Shown: positions 14,505-28,985, counted from the first letter of the whole stretch. The stretch is DNA of 63,709 bases, filler included, from Bigelowiella natans CCMP2755 (GCA_000320545.1; 5 parts of 5 records of this genome joined end to end with filler, not necessarily neighbours in it), one strand, 5' to 3'. The notes: generated by a model not told the origin, from the letters alone. Program-made: numbers and translations.

Positions 14505-17486
14505 TGCGTTTGTCTCATCTTCTGCAGGTATTCGGTCTCTCCGAAGTGGAGCGTCGCCTCTGCCAAATAGCGAGCTGCCTCTCCGCCCCTGTGAGATAGA
14601 TGATGATGAGAGGGAAACGTACTATACTTACAACATCTATGTGTTAGCGTTTGTGGGCTGGTTGCCTCCCCCCCCACCCCTCCTCATCTCAGGGGCTTGT
14701 TTCACACTCCTCCTATTCTTTATCCCCCTCGCTTGCCTCCACCCCTGTTGTTACCCCGAAACAAGGTTCCGTCGTGCCGATGGCTGCATCAGGTGATTGA
14801 TGGTTTGATTGGCCTGGAAGCTGACGTCAGCAGGGGAGAAAATACTGAAAGCGCTACAGGTGATGAAGAAGATGATGATGAGGGTGCTGGTGGTGGTGGT
14901 GCAACGACGCACGCAACCGTTGCCTCTTCCCTCCTCAGGACAGAAAACACAGCAACACAAATCGGCCTCATCACCATTCCTCATTATTCCTCATTACAAG
15001 GTGGGGTGCGTCTATGCGCTCGGCCTTTCTCCCCCCCCCTCTCTCCCCCTCTCTCCCCCCTTTGCCTCGGTTTCTCTCCCCCTTCTTCCTTTCTATTTCT
15101 TCTCAACGTGTAGGCACCGGCACGCGAGAAGTATACCCCCTGCTCAGCCTGAATTCGCACGTCGGTAGGAGGGACCCCGGCCCTGGCGATAACAGCGATT
15201 ATAACCGCAACGCGATCGTTACTCATATTAACATCATGGAAATCACCGGGTTAGTTTTTTTAGATGCGAGGATGAGGACGAGGAGGAGGAGGGTATACGC
15301 TGTCCACATGTCTATCAGTTGCGCATCATCATCATCATCATCATCATCAATATCGTCATAATCGCCATAACCATCATCGCTGTGATCTTCCTCTGCTCAT
15401 GTCTGCATTCCTGACCGCAATCCACAAGAATCTTGGAGTCGCAGCAACGCCTCCAGGAGACCCTACGAACGTACCTGAGCCAAACACCGGCGCTATTCTT
15501 TGAAGTAAAACGCAGCATCATCACACCATTACAACGAATGATTGTGGTAGCTTAGATGTGTAACGGTACATCGCCCACCGGCGTCGTGAATGTACTGCAA
15601 CGGCCAAAGGCCACCATCGTGACAACAAAGCTTTGCCATCCCCTCACTTGTCAGCACGTCACATCGTATTCACACTATTCTCATGTGGATCTTAATCATC
15701 GCCAGGGACTCGCCCCTCCTTCCTCGGACGTCAAATCGGCGTTTGTGGCTTGCATACGTGCGTACATGGTTTCCAGGAAGCTCGCAGATCGGATCATCCT
15801 GCCCACACGTACACAATATTATCGGGGGGGGGGGGGGGGGGAGCATGCTAATTAGAGACTCGTGAATGTTCCCCTCGGCGCTGGCTTCTTCCTCCTTTGG
15901 CCGATGATACGCTTATTGTTGCAGTTCGTCCACCGAGGGTGGAGAGCGACGGAAGAAGAAGAAGAAGGAGAAGAAATGGCGAGGCGATACGCGTGGATCA
16001 GGATGATGATAATGACGATGACGATGATGGAGGGGAGAAGAATGATGACGGTGATTTATGTTTTTGCTGGGGTTTTTAGCTGAGTATTTGGTTATAATCT
16101 ATGTAGTGCCTTAATTTCATAGACCTCGCCGTTTTGACGATGTCCTTGACGATTTCATCACCCCCTGCTGCTTCATCGCAGATGAGCAATTGCTTTCGTT
16201 CGCATCAACACGAGTGCCTTTACTGTATCGTCTCAATGCGAATGATGATTGCTTAGCACAGCGCCCTTCATCAATGCGCTCTAATTCTATCTTTCTTGTC
16301 GCCGTTGTCATCAACGTCACCCCAACTGTTTTCCACAGCCGGAGTACTGAAGATCATCGAAGACGGTTTCCTGCAAAGGTTTCATCATAACCATCACCCT
16401 TTCCCCTCTTTCTCTTCTCCCTCTTCATGTGATCACCCCCCTCCTCCCTTCATCAGGTACGGCGAGCTCGTGCTGCTCTCCGATCCGGTCACATTCAAAG
16501 GTGCTATTAACATTCGTTTGTGGAAGAGACGGTGGTGAAGATGATGAGCCATGCGTTTTCTCCTATTTCGTGAGAAATAGCAATGATTAAGGCCCAATTT
16601 CCACCCCCCCCCCCCCCCCCTCCCTCCGAATTTCCCAGGGAACTTGGAAGTATCGATTAAAAGATGTTCGGGAGCGGAGGCGCTGAATTCTGTGTGGGTG
16701 GAGGTCACTGCTGACTAACGCACCGCCTGGATGCTGCTTGCCTTTCTGTCTTTGAGTTTGGAGCGATTATAGGGGAAATCGCACTATCGATCTATGGATT
16801 GAGGGGGTGGAGAGGCAGGGGGGAAATTTTGCTGACATTCTCGTGTATAAGCTTCACAAAATGAAAGCCGTTTCACCTTCTTGTCATGGCCTTCTCTTTC
16901 TTTTCCTCTCCTCCTTTTTCGTTATCTCCTTCGCTGGATTTGTGTGCGATGCAGCGTCGTGATGAAAGAATGAGTGAATGGGTGAATAACCAGGTTTCAA
17001 TCTGGTTAGAGAAGCCGAAATCAGACCCAAACAACCCTGGTATGAACGTGTGCATGCATTTTACGCCGGCGGCAAGTGAGAAGACGAGTCGTCATCTTTC
17101 TCTTCTCTACTTATTTGTCGCCGCCCTCCCTTCCTCGCGCCATTAATTCAGACGGAGTAGTCGGGGGGTGGGGTTTGTTGTAGGGGAGGGGATAATCTCC
17201 AGATGAATTATTCTGATTGCTTATGATCCATCTGCATGCGTTATGGCTATGATACGAAACGATGATGATGCTGATGGTGATATGGCCGCTGCCAATGACC
17301 GTAGGACGGATGAAACGCGTCATCGAGCAAGTTGTTCAGGTGAGAACGAACATGGAAAAGAGGAAGGAAGAAGGGGGGGGGGGGGGGAGAAGGTGGAGCA
17401 CTGGCTTTCATCTCTATATCGAAATTATTTTCTAGCAGATTACAATGCGAGACGGTTATATACGCATGCTGTCGTTCTGTTGTGGC

Positions 17487-17518
<32 letters not shown>

Positions 17519-18658
17519 TGAAACCCCCACCTGCTGTTCTCGGCCGTTATCTGAGCTTTCAACACATGGTCTTATTATTGTAGGCGGGGAATCGTGTGAG
17601 CAGGACGCCGAAGCGGTTGATGTGTGTGCGTGCGCTCATACGTGTTAGTGCGTCCAGAAATATTCTATATGTCATCGACAAATAGTACACAAGAACACCT
17701 TTTCAGCGAGTGTTAATCACCCGGGGGAGCGGGGGTGGGGTTGGAGGTTCCGGTCACACAAGAGCAAACGAAAGTTGATTGTTTCCTTTCGTTGCTGCTG
17801 ACGCGTATGCTGCTGGCCTTTGCAGGAGTGCGCTGCGAGAGGGCATGGTGGTGTGGGAAACGAACATGGCGTACAAGGCAATTGATAGACGTTGATGATG
17901 ATGGTGATGTTAATGATCGGTGGTGGTGATGAAAGGTGAATCGTAGCCATGGTCAAACAGCTATCTGCACGATAATACCCAAACACGTTCAACACATCCT
18001 CATCTTAGAATCTAAGAGAACTATGCATAAAACGAATGCTTGCATGTTGGCATCTCACTGCGTGCCCCCCCCCGCCCCGCTCGCTCATTCCAATTTATTC
18101 GGGGATCGATGAATCTCCTCCTGGTTTCCCCCCCTCCCTTCCCCCAGGAGCTTCCGGTGGATTCTTGGGTCGAGATTACATGCAAAGACTCCGTGCTAGG
18201 GGTAGGGCAGGCGGAGAGAAGGAAGAAGAAGTAGCAGTTGTATGGTGCTTGGATCTCCTCTCCTTTACTCGTCAAGGAGCCTTTTCGTTTTTCTAGCGAC
18301 GACCACGGAAGCAATGGTTTTCTCACGGTGTGGGGTGATTGATGGTGTGTGTGTCTGTGTGTGTGTGTGTGTGTGTGTTTGCCAGGAGTTGGGGCGTTTG
18401 TCGTTGTCGCTCACAGAGATGCAGCAGGTTTGCAAGCGACTGCATATGGCGGTGCTGGCGTGTGCCTGCCCAGCATAGTCGTCCAATATGGAAACTGCTC
18501 TCGTACTTATATTTTACGTGAGGTTGGGTGTGTGTTGCTTCGTTGTTGTTTGCTATTTGTGAAGCTGCTCCCATGTGCATCATATCTTTACCATCATCCA
18601 TTTCGTAATCGCAAGTCGCACCAACAGGACGACGATTCGAATTTCTCCTAATCCCCCC

Positions 18659-18721
<63 letters not shown>

Positions 18722-18789
18722 TTTGGCGTGGTATCACGCAGTCTTCTGGTGTTGACCCTGGGGAAAAGGTTTGCATTCTAAGGTAAGAA

Positions 18790-18826
<37 letters not shown>

Positions 18827-18927
18827 GCGCGAATTTGTAATGGGGGTTTTTTTTTTTTAAAATAGCGACAAAACTACTGTAGAACGGCGAATAGAGACGT
18901 CACGGAGAGGGGGTGTCACAAAAGATT

Positions 18928-18971
<44 letters not shown>

Positions 18972-21406
18972 GCCCCTTTTCCTGCTCATCTCTTCTTCCT
19001 CTTCTTTCACTTCCGCGTCGTCCAACCCCGTTATCGTCCGTCATCATTTACGCGTATAGAAATGACAGCTTCGTGCTCACACGCGCCCCCCCGAGCCCCT
19101 TGGGGCCAGCAAACAGCCCTTGCGTGCACATTGGGTTGACGTTCAGGAGGACATCGGTACATGAGTGCGTTTTCGACGTTTATTACACGTGCAGTCTACC
19201 AGCTGCTACTGCTGCTGCACTCGATGATACGACCTAACCCCCTCTCCCCCTCCCCTCCAACCAACAGGCTTCGTCAAACCTTCGAGGTGTCCGCCGTGCA
19301 CAGATTGTAGCGTCCTACAGGCCTCGCAAGTTGGCGGCGGCAGCGCCATCACCATCAGCAGTAGCAGCTGCTTCCAATGCTGGAGACGATAGCGATAGGG
19401 ATCGCCCCCCCTCCTCCTCCTACTCACGATATTGAGGGAAAAGAGACGATGGGGGGAGGCAGCAGCGCCAGCAGCAGTTACAGGTCGAAAACTACCGCTA
19501 ATAGTGCTACAAATCAAGCTCCACGAGACGCCAAGGGAGGAGGGGGCGGGGAGAGGGAAGGGACAGAGGCTGATGCTCTTAACCCCTTTCAAAAGTTCGC
19601 GAAGGTGATAGCCGTCTCCTCCTCCCCCCTCCCTCTCCTCCTCCTCCTCCCCCCCCTCCTCCTCCTGCCCCGTCTAAGTTTCTTCGTGTTACTATGTTCC
19701 GCTGGATGTACTATTCGAGTGAAGTTTGTGGGTATCATCGGCCTTGTCTTGGTGCTCTCCCTCTCTTCTCCTACCGCCGAAACAGCATCGTTGCTTCCTA
19801 CTGACTCACTCTCCCCAACCGGTGATGCTCACACGCGCGCATATATCAGGCGATGCAAAAGGTCTCTAAGCTGCCCCTCCCAAAGGCGGTCAGGTCGTTT
19901 GCAGCAGTGATGGCCGATGTCGTCGTCGTATCAGTAGTTTTCAGCAGTAGTAGTTGTTCCTTGTTAGTTAAAAATGCCGAATTCGGCCACGGGATAAACA
20001 GAAAAACTCTGATTTTATTATGTCGCTTGCCTGGAGGTTGTCGATTGCCCTGTATGACTCCACAATACGCAATGTATACGCTCACACGCGATCCATCATC
20101 AGGCATCGGCTCGCACAGGAAACGCGGAACGGGCGACACAAAGCCCCTGTCGGTCAAAAGCTAGATGTCAAATATGAGGAGGGGGGGAGGGAGGGGTAAG
20201 AGACTCTTCGGGTGTTTGGTGGGAAGTAGCGGCACGTATTTTATTAGCGTGCTTTGATTGTTTGTGCTGTTGTTTGTGTGTGTGCGTGCGTGTGCCGATC
20301 GATGGCCAGGTGGATGCACAGCATCTCCACCTCGGCAGGGAGAGAGCTCGTCATCGCAGTCACCAGCATTATTATCGTCGCTATCTCCAACGGCATGAGC
20401 CCTCTACTACTACGCAGACGCAGATCCCTCCAATCCAAGACCTTGTGCAGCTTAACTCCGTAAGACGATAACGACGAAATCCCTCCCCACGATGATGGCG
20501 ACACGGCACTCGCAGTGTGTACATGTCACGAGAGTGGTAGCTGCCAAACCAACGGCGGGGCGGGCAGTTGCTCAAATTTCATCCCCTCTCCCCCATCGCT
20601 GAGTCGTCGCTCTCTTGCCTATTGTTTTTGCTACGATGCGGTTGTTCGCTCCAACAAACAGGTTGCTCGGAACATGCTTGCCGAGGTGCGGTGCTGCCGC
20701 GAACTTTCTCGCTGTCTAGCTGTGGACAGCCTCCTGCTCTCCCTCGAGGCGAAATCGCGACGAAAGCTGCAGAAGCATTCCTATGACAAGGTGGTGGTAG
20801 TGCCCTGCTCGCTATGGTTCGTTCCACGCCTCGGGCAGCGAGGAGGGGGGGGGGGTGCGCTGGAGCAGTGCCGTATCGTTCGCGTGAGTAACAAACGCAA
20901 TAAGAAAAGGCAGGACGCTCTCGCAGTTTATATGAGGGGACTAAAGCTACAGGGCATCGTAGCGAGCGTGTCAAGAATATCGCGCGGTGAGAACCATAGC
21001 AGCAGGGGCAAAGGGAGAGGGGGGAGGGGGGGAGATAATTTGAATACAGAGTAAGAAGGATGGCCAAAGGCCATTAATAAGCTGATTCATTTCTGCTTCT
21101 TTCCATTACTATGCCCCCCTCATCATGTCCTCTTCCCCCCCTCCTTTTCTCTTCCTACTACCATCGCCTCATGTAGATGACGCAGAAGAAGCGAAGAAGG
21201 CATTCGGTCCGTCATCTTCTTAGTATAGTAAGGGGGGAGGCGAGGGAGGGGGGGGTGATGGAGGTCTCGATGGTGAGAGAAGTCGAAGAAGAAGAAGAAG
21301 AAGAAGAAGAAGAAGAAGAAGAATCACTCCTGAGCTACTGTGTGCAATTCGTAGTTCGAAAGTGGGGATTCCATTATTTGCAGCATCAATAGCGATGCAA
21401 CACAAG

Positions 21407-21460
<54 letters not shown>

Positions 21461-22038
21461 TTTTCCTTTGGATTAGATACAGCGGCGTCTGCAAGACCAA
21501 GGTCGAGGACTGAGTTCCAGCCCCGCCGCCATGACCACGCGAACCGCTCCCTCGTCGTTCCTGCAGTGCCTGCCCTCTCCGGAGAAAGAGGAGGAGGAGG
21601 ACAAGGAGGAGGAGGAGAAGGAGGAGGAGGAGGAGGAGGGGGAGGAGGAGGAGGAGCAGAGCGCAGCCGAAGCTTGAACTACGTCAAAATCGCCATAAAT
21701 GTGCAAGGAATCCTTCACCAACGCCAGCAGCAGCAGCAGCAGCAGCAGCATCTCCGCGTCGTTCACCGCAGTAGGACAGACGATGGGGGGGGCGATGTGA
21801 AGCACCAGATGAGAGCACGTGCGAGATCTGGGGGTAGGCGCAATAACTTGTACATGGGCAAAATAATGACCTGGTCACTAACGTCGTCGGTTTGAACTTT
21901 CAAATAGGAATAGGAGGGGAGATAGGGCGACGGAGACGAAATAGCATGGCGGTCAAGGCCACACCCCCACGCACACGCACCTTCCAAAAAGCATCGCTCA
22001 TCACATATCCACACACACACACACACACATACATACAG

Positions 22039-22105
<67 letters not shown>

Positions 22106-22166
22106 TTGTACTTGCAGAAACGCGATGTGGTTGATCTGATTCTCGGGGTGAAATCGGACAACGTCG

Positions 22167-22204
<38 letters not shown>

Positions 22205-22738
22205 CATACTATGTTTGCAGACTACTACATGCTTTTAATGCTCGAAGGGATGGAAGGGGGGGAGAGGGGAGCTTCCGCTAGCAGCCGATTCATGCAGTGA
22301 AGTTTCAAAAAGCGAGGGCATTCCCCTCAATGCGTGGCAGCTGCTATTGCTGCGATTTCGCGAGTTGAAAACAGTAAACTTCATCGTTTTACTCGTTTAA
22401 CCTTCCAGGCTATAGATACGCTTCTGTCCGCAGCGAAAACCGTTGGAGCAGGTAATGCGCATTAGATCCTGTATTTCTTTCCTGTGGGAGGAAAAAAGGG
22501 GGGGGATGGGGGTTAAGAGTTTTTTTTAACTTTAATGTACAGATGCGTGCTCTTTTGCATAGAACCTCTCTCCCCTTTGTGAAATGCTGCTGCTGCTGCT
22601 GCTGCTGCTGCTGTACAATATCGACGTCTTAGGCCCTCTGGGAGAGACGCCTGAAGATCTGAACGACGGCGTGCTCTTTAGGAGAGCCACAAATTTGTGG
22701 ATGCCTCTGGTAGTAGATGTTTGAGGCAAGAGTTCTTG

Positions 22739-22771
<33 letters not shown>

Positions 22772-23033
22772 AGATTATGCCCCGTTTATCGAAAGGATGT
22801 GGAGCACGTGAGACCTCCATTGGTTTTTTGGAATCAAAATTCATTTTCCACACAGATAACATGGGAGAGCAAGCGGCTGCTAGAGCAAAAGCACGGTAGG
22901 CTGTGTATATTCCTCCCCGCCCCTTTGCCCTACCTTCGTTCTCATCACTTTTAGTTTCTCGCGATGCATAACGTTTTCTTCTCTCTGGGCATATTATCAA
23001 TATATGCTTGGTGGAGTTTCTTCTCTTTTGTTT

Positions 23034-23081
<48 letters not shown>

Positions 23082-23227
23082 TATGCCTCGCAATTCCCCC
23101 TGATGTGTATGTCGTACCATGCTCATGCGATCATTGCGTTGGGTGATGCTGCTCCCACGGAACCTGCTACCAGACTTTCTCAAGACGCATGCGAGCTTAT
23201 TCACCGACAATCTTGGTATAGATATAT

Positions 23228-23265
<38 letters not shown>

Positions 23266-23840
23266 TCATCCTACGTCTTAGCAGCTTCCTCCTCGTTGTC
23301 CTTCCTGTCCTCAATCATAATCGTCGTCGTCGTCGTCATCGACTTCAGGGGTGGTTTGGAAGGTGAATAGGACGCTGCAGGAGCTCATCCGTCTCACAGA
23401 TGCACCCCTTCCTCTAACCACAACGAGAAAGGGAGCGATGATGAGGGAGAACCGGTAACGTGCGTGGCGTGCGGTGTAGAATCTTCCCTCTCTTCTTAAT
23501 CGAGAATGACGAGCGAACGAGCGAATGAACGAATGACGAAGTGTTTCCCCCTCCCCAACTCTCGCCGCAGATTCGGCTTAAATTTGCACGATTGGATGTC
23601 TCCGTTTACCGAGCACTGGTTGGCAATGCATCCGCAACTATAGTCAAAAGATGGAAGGAGGACAGCTTTCACCCTCCCGCCTCCTTCACCCCTCACTTCT
23701 CCCCTCATCTTCTCTTTGCTGAGGCACAGAATCGCTCTCTCTCTCTCTCTCCCGCAAACTCAATCCCCCCCCCCTCCCCAAAACACACCCACCATACTTA
23801 GCATCGAGCACGTGCACTCCCTTATTCTGCTTCGCCTTTC

Positions 23841-23882
<42 letters not shown>

Positions 23883-24682
23883 GGAAACACTGAGAAAAGA
23901 CGCCATGGCGTTCGTTTTGGTGGTAGGATGGCCTATCATACGGGGAGATTTGACACGACGTACATCCCGAAGGTGCGATTTCAAAAATCATATCGGCACA
24001 CTGTAGTAGGAGCTCTCCTTCCGAAGACCCTTTTCGCTGCTCCCACTCCACTGCCAAATGCATGGAGGGGGGGGGGGGTAAGACCGTTGCCCTCTTCATC
24101 ACCATACTATCACTTTCAAGATCCGAGAGAAAATCTAAATGCTGTGTTACTTTTCCCTTTGATTTGTTGTCTGATTGCTTGTTTTCTACCTGAACTTGGT
24201 CACCTGATCGGCATTCAGCTCCTTCGATTCCGAGGGTGGTTAGACGATAACGCTGAGGAGAACAAACATCACCAGTCCCACCACCCAGAAACGGCTGATG
24301 GAGGCCAGCATGCTCGTAGACAAAGAGGTGGGGCAAGAAGATGGGGGGGGGTGGGGGGGGGGGGGATAATCTAGCTGTCTTTATTTGCAGGGGGGGAAAG
24401 AGGGGGAGGAGGTTATAAAGTCTTTGGTTTTGCTTTTCCTTCCTCGTGAAGCAGGAAGTGATGTAGACATCGGCAGCGATGGTGGGGGAGTCGATGTAGT
24501 AGTGGTTGACTTCATGACACTACTGGAGGGCCTCTACAAGCAATTCACGAGCCTTCCGAAGCACAAAGATCACATCGCTGCCTTTCGATTATGGGTGAGT
24601 GAGGGGTGGGCAGCATCCCGCCCCTTACCAAATCATTTCTTTCTCTCTTCGCGCGCGCGCGTGCATGTGCATGTACATATAC

Positions 24683-24720
<38 letters not shown>

Positions 24721-24983
24721 GATTAGCCAGATTAGTGAATTCCGTCGATCCAAAAATACTGCAACGATTTGCCTTATTCTTCTTCTATGTGGGCCGTCTA
24801 CGTGAACGCTAACATAAAAGTTTGTTGGTAGGCGGCCTCCATGAGTTTCCGTGTCGCGGATGCTATCAGTGCTCTAGCACACCACATCATCGACAACCCA
24901 GGTCGGCGCTGCTGTTTCTCTTATTCGCATGTGTTGTGCGTTGTGCGTGAGATTGCGGTGATGATGCTTGCAAATACGTGTTG

Positions 24984-25022
<39 letters not shown>

Positions 25023-25198
25023 TACTTATTCATTATGTATTTGATGTCATTTAAATTATCGCGTGGCCAGAGGACGCTGCAGCATCCGTCGCCTCCATCG
25101 CATCGTCGGGGCGTCTGTGCAAAGCTAGCAGAGGCAAATCATTCCTATACCAGCAGCCACTCCGGATACCCAGTAAGCGCCGTATTCATGAAAATAAC

Positions 25199-25231
<33 letters not shown>

Positions 25232-25475
25232 AATGAATGAGCACGAGGACCGAGAAGAAGCATTAGCAGCACTTTCATCTCTGCAATACTCTCTCATCTT
25301 GCCCTACATTGATTACCACCAATCCCGACATTGCACCTTCCGAAATGACCGCGAGCCTCCCCCCCCCCCTCCCCCCCCTATCTCCGACTCTTACTCAGCC
25401 TGCTTACCACACTGCAAACACTGCCTTCCGCTCACTCGGTACTACTTACTATTTATTGGGCTAGTATTTATATAT

Positions 25476-25511
<36 letters not shown>

Positions 25512-26086
25512 TATATACCGTATCATCACCCGTGATCAAAAGTACCTTTACGATGAAAGAAAGAAGCCATGCCTCATATCCTTCCCTCCTTAGATCGCAG
25601 AAGCATCTCGAGACCAACGCGGCAAAGAGGGGGAGGGGAGAGGCAGCTCGTGGAGAGGCTGGAGATTCCAAAAGATCCGGAAAGAGGGAGACGCTGCTTG
25701 TGCCCGCCGCAACGAACACGAATTGCAATGGTGAGCGTTTGGCGTTTGTCTCCTCCCTCCCGCATCTTGCTGTGCGATTGCAAATGGTAGGGGGGGAGGG
25801 GGGGGGATGAGTACGCCGTAGCTTTGCACTGAATCCTATTGTACGGATAAGAAACAATCTCCATGATTCGATTGCAGGCGTTCTCTCCGTGCTTTCCTTC
25901 TTCAAGAAACCTGCAGCAGCCAAGTAGGCAATCCAACACTTTTTAACGATCCAACCCTGGCCACACGCACCATCGATGTGACTACGACTCCGCGCTCATG
26001 CAGTTTTCTTCTTTGTTGGTTCAGGCGCCAGATGACGAAGGACACGATTCTGGTAGGAGAATAGCATAATTTAACAAACCAAGTTG

Positions 26087-26127
<41 letters not shown>

Positions 26128-26509
26128 ATAATAATATCGATAATAGTAATAGTAATAATAGCGTGGTTCTTCTCTTCCACAATTCAATTATTACCTTAAA
26201 TACCACGAGAGAATGCTAGTGTCAAATACGAGGAGAATACCAGAGAGTCGATGCCTTTGCGGTGGGCCTCCCGGGCCTTACTAGCATTCAAACCTCTATA
26301 GCGTAATGCCTCTGCAGAGCGATCGGATCTGATATTCTTGTGAACTTTGCCACTCATCGAATCGTGAAGTTCTGCTCCTGCGAGATGCCGGCACGGCTTA
26401 TCGATATGGTAGGTTTGAGCTCGGGGAAACCGATATAGATATTGACACCTGCAAATTCCGACAAAATGGTGATGATCATGCGACGAGGAAAACGACAAGG
26501 CGGAGGATT

Positions 26510-26545
<36 letters not shown>

Positions 26546-27050
26546 GTGATGGTGATGATGATGGATCGCTTCGATGGCAAGCGCTAAGCAGGATCATTGT
26601 ATTGTTGATAAATGCGTTTGGTGTTGTTGGGAATCCTAGCACTTCTACTACTACGACTACTACTACTACAACGACTACTACTACTACCACTACTACTGCT
26701 GATAAAACTGATAGTGTGGATACTATTTCGGCCAACGCCTCCCCTCAGGCAAATGCCCTCGAAGATCTGGAACGCCACGTCCATTTATTCCTCCTGCGCT
26801 CTGAACGGCTGAAAGTGCGCCCCCTTGATGAAAAGAATGATTATCATCGTCATCATCATTATCCTCCTCCTCAAGGGGGGGGGGCTTCTACGCAGCAGCA
26901 AGAGGAGGAGGAGGACGGGGGAGAAGAGAAGGCGCAGCGTGGTGTGCGCTACTATGCTTGGCGCTCACTGTGTTATTCGCGCACAACAGCAAGCTTCTAC
27001 TCACTGCAAATCATGTGCCCGTCCTCGGCGTCAAGGTTATTATAGCGGTA
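10168..27050 (+). CDS. Large intron-rich hypothetical gene (possibly more than one gene); contains a probable C2 domain
   Basis: Long series of AG/GT-bounded open segments on + strand between microsatellite introns, e.g. 10168-10317 LLTSSRILKTEKGKVKHEVDLRFFRRLSHIKK, ~14528 VFGLSEVERRLCQIAS, ~20662 VARNMLAEVRCCRELSRCLAVDSLLLSLE, ~24455 DFMTLLEGLYKQFTSLPKHKDHIAAFRLW, ~26592-26941. Phases were not all verified and boundaries are approximate. Confidence 0.4.
16639..19156 (+). other. Probable C2 domain spread over several short exons
   Basis: Exon peptides in C2 order: GNLEVSIKRCSG (first strand), SALREGMVVWETNMAYK (P.W.E.F-like), ELPVDSWVEITCKDSVLG / ELGRLSLSLTEM (D...LG...i.L), NDSFVLT...CVHIGLTF (last strand). 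Confidence 0.4.
18790..18825. repeat. Poly-G run (G36)
   Basis: Longest homopolymer in the window; dozens of G/C runs of about 10-17 nt occur in introns elsewhere. Confidence 0.95.
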
Positions 27051-27289
27051 GCAGAGAAAGTCTCAGTAGTGTGGAAGGGGGGAGGGGGGTTGGCATCTAT
27101 TTATGGGACTATGGTTTTCTGGTAGGATTCTGTCGGTCGGTAAGGCGCTGCGTTTGTCCAGCATAGGAGTCTTCCACCCCCCCCCTCTGGCGACGTACCA
27201 AAGGGTAATGAGCAGACCTGCTCGTAGCCGGTGGATGTTCATCGTTGGCGGGGTTCCATTGTTCGAAACAAAAGAGAACTGAGTTATTG

Positions 27290-27323
<34 letters not shown>

Positions 27324-27326
27324 TTG

Positions 27327-27365
<39 letters not shown>

Positions 27366-27404
27366 ATGTACTCGCGGTAGGTCTCTTGGTCCACCCCCCT
27401 GTAC

Positions 27405-27504
27405 NNNNNNNNNNNNNNNNNNNNNNNNNNNNNNNNNNNNNNNNNNNNTTAATTAATTAANNNNNNNNNNNNNNNNNNNNNNNNNNNNNNNNNNNNNNNN
27501 NNNN
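27405..27504. other. Artificial contig linker (44 N + TTAATTAATTAA + 44 N)
   Basis: Identical 100-nt spacer with stops in all six frames; occurs four times. Confidence 0.98.
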
Positions 27505-27600
27505 CATCACTTGATGAGGATGATGATGATGATGATGATGATGATGGTAAATCTAGTCGTTGAGGAGGCCAGCAGTGTCGGATAAATGGTCAAGAACTAC

Positions 27601-28190
27601 CTGTCCCTGCATACTTCTGCAAGATTTCTTCCGGTCACAACCCCAAGGCGTGCCGCCAATATCTGTAATAGAGAGATGCATGCATGATAATATTTATTCT
27701 TCTTCTTCTTTTGTGCTTCGGGTAATAAATAACCATAAGAGAAACAACAATGATATAACTGACCTGCAGGTACAATCCAAGGGCAGTAGAAAGGAATAGC
27801 ACCCATACAAGCTGATACCTGAAGCAGCAGCAATAATAACAATAATAAACAGTAACTGTTTAGCTTAGCTATAACTGGCACACATTCATCTATCGTCCAC
27901 ACGCACAACGAACAGAAAGACAGGGAGATGGAACACCACTAAAACAATTTGATGATTAAATGCAACAAGGAAAGAAGGAATTGAGACAAATGACAATAGT
28001 CGTCTCTATTTGATGCTATCGTGATTTAGTAGTAGTAGTAGTAGGAGTAGTGGTGGTGGTGGTGGTGTAGTGGTCCCATCATCAGATATCAACCCTGAAT
28101 ATGCTCCTGCTTGCAAATCGCTTTCCAAGTTGCCGGGATCGACTTGGATGGGTGATGAGACATTGTAAAAATAGATTCACCAGGATATAA

Positions 28191-28222
<32 letters not shown>

Positions 28223-28227
28223 ACTAC

Positions 28228-28274
<47 letters not shown>

Positions 28275-28985
28275 GTGTGTGTGTGTGTGTGTGTATTATA
28301 CATACATATAATATGGCTTCGAACGAATCAAGTATGATATTGTGTGCTTCATCACGCTGTGCTAGAGTGCCGAAATGCAATGGCAATGTTTGTGAGATTG
28401 ATAAATGTATAAGTTTTAATGTGATACACTTCCTTTCTGGCACGTGATTGTGGAATATCCTACCGTATGCTATAGACATTAACCATCCTTTAAAATGATG
28501 CGAATAAGCATAAAGTTGTTGTATAAGGGTGATGATGCTTCGTATAGATGAAGCTCATACTTAATGGTAGGAGCATGCATCTAACACGCAGCAGCGTATT
28601 ATCAACTGGGCCATCGTATAAGTATTTACGTGGTGCGTCACACTAATACGCCCCACGTACACACAACACAAACTCACAACATATACGCTTACAGAAGAAA
28701 AGAGAAGATGATGTTGGTTGCTAAGAAATCATGAGAGAAATCAGCAGTACCAGGTCCTACATAGGCCCAGAATGCTCTAAAGCTGAATTTCCATCTCCTC
28801 TTCTCAATTCTATTAGCTTCTTCTCCCCCATCAAGTGCTGCTGCTGTTGCTGCTGCTGCTGCTGCGCTTTTGTCATCGTCGTGATCATCATCTGGAATCA
28901 CCACACCATATTTTACGATGTCTTCTGCGCAAGCCTCCTGTGTTGAGATAAAACCATCACAATTCTTAGTAGGTGCACTTGTCAT
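27601..28985 (-). CDS. NRAMP: NRAMP/SLC11 divalent metal transporter, N-terminal part (truncated by contig end)
   Basis: Phase-consistent exons 28985-28751, 28487-28464, 28142-28094, 27818-27764 and 27662-27601 give [76 protein letters not shown]. This includes the NRAMP DPGN metal-binding signature. Confidence 0.95.

Noticed and set aside
27449-27460. Repeated TTAATTAATTAA palindrome as a biological motif
   Set aside because: Always centred in N44 blocks; a synthetic six-frame stop linker.
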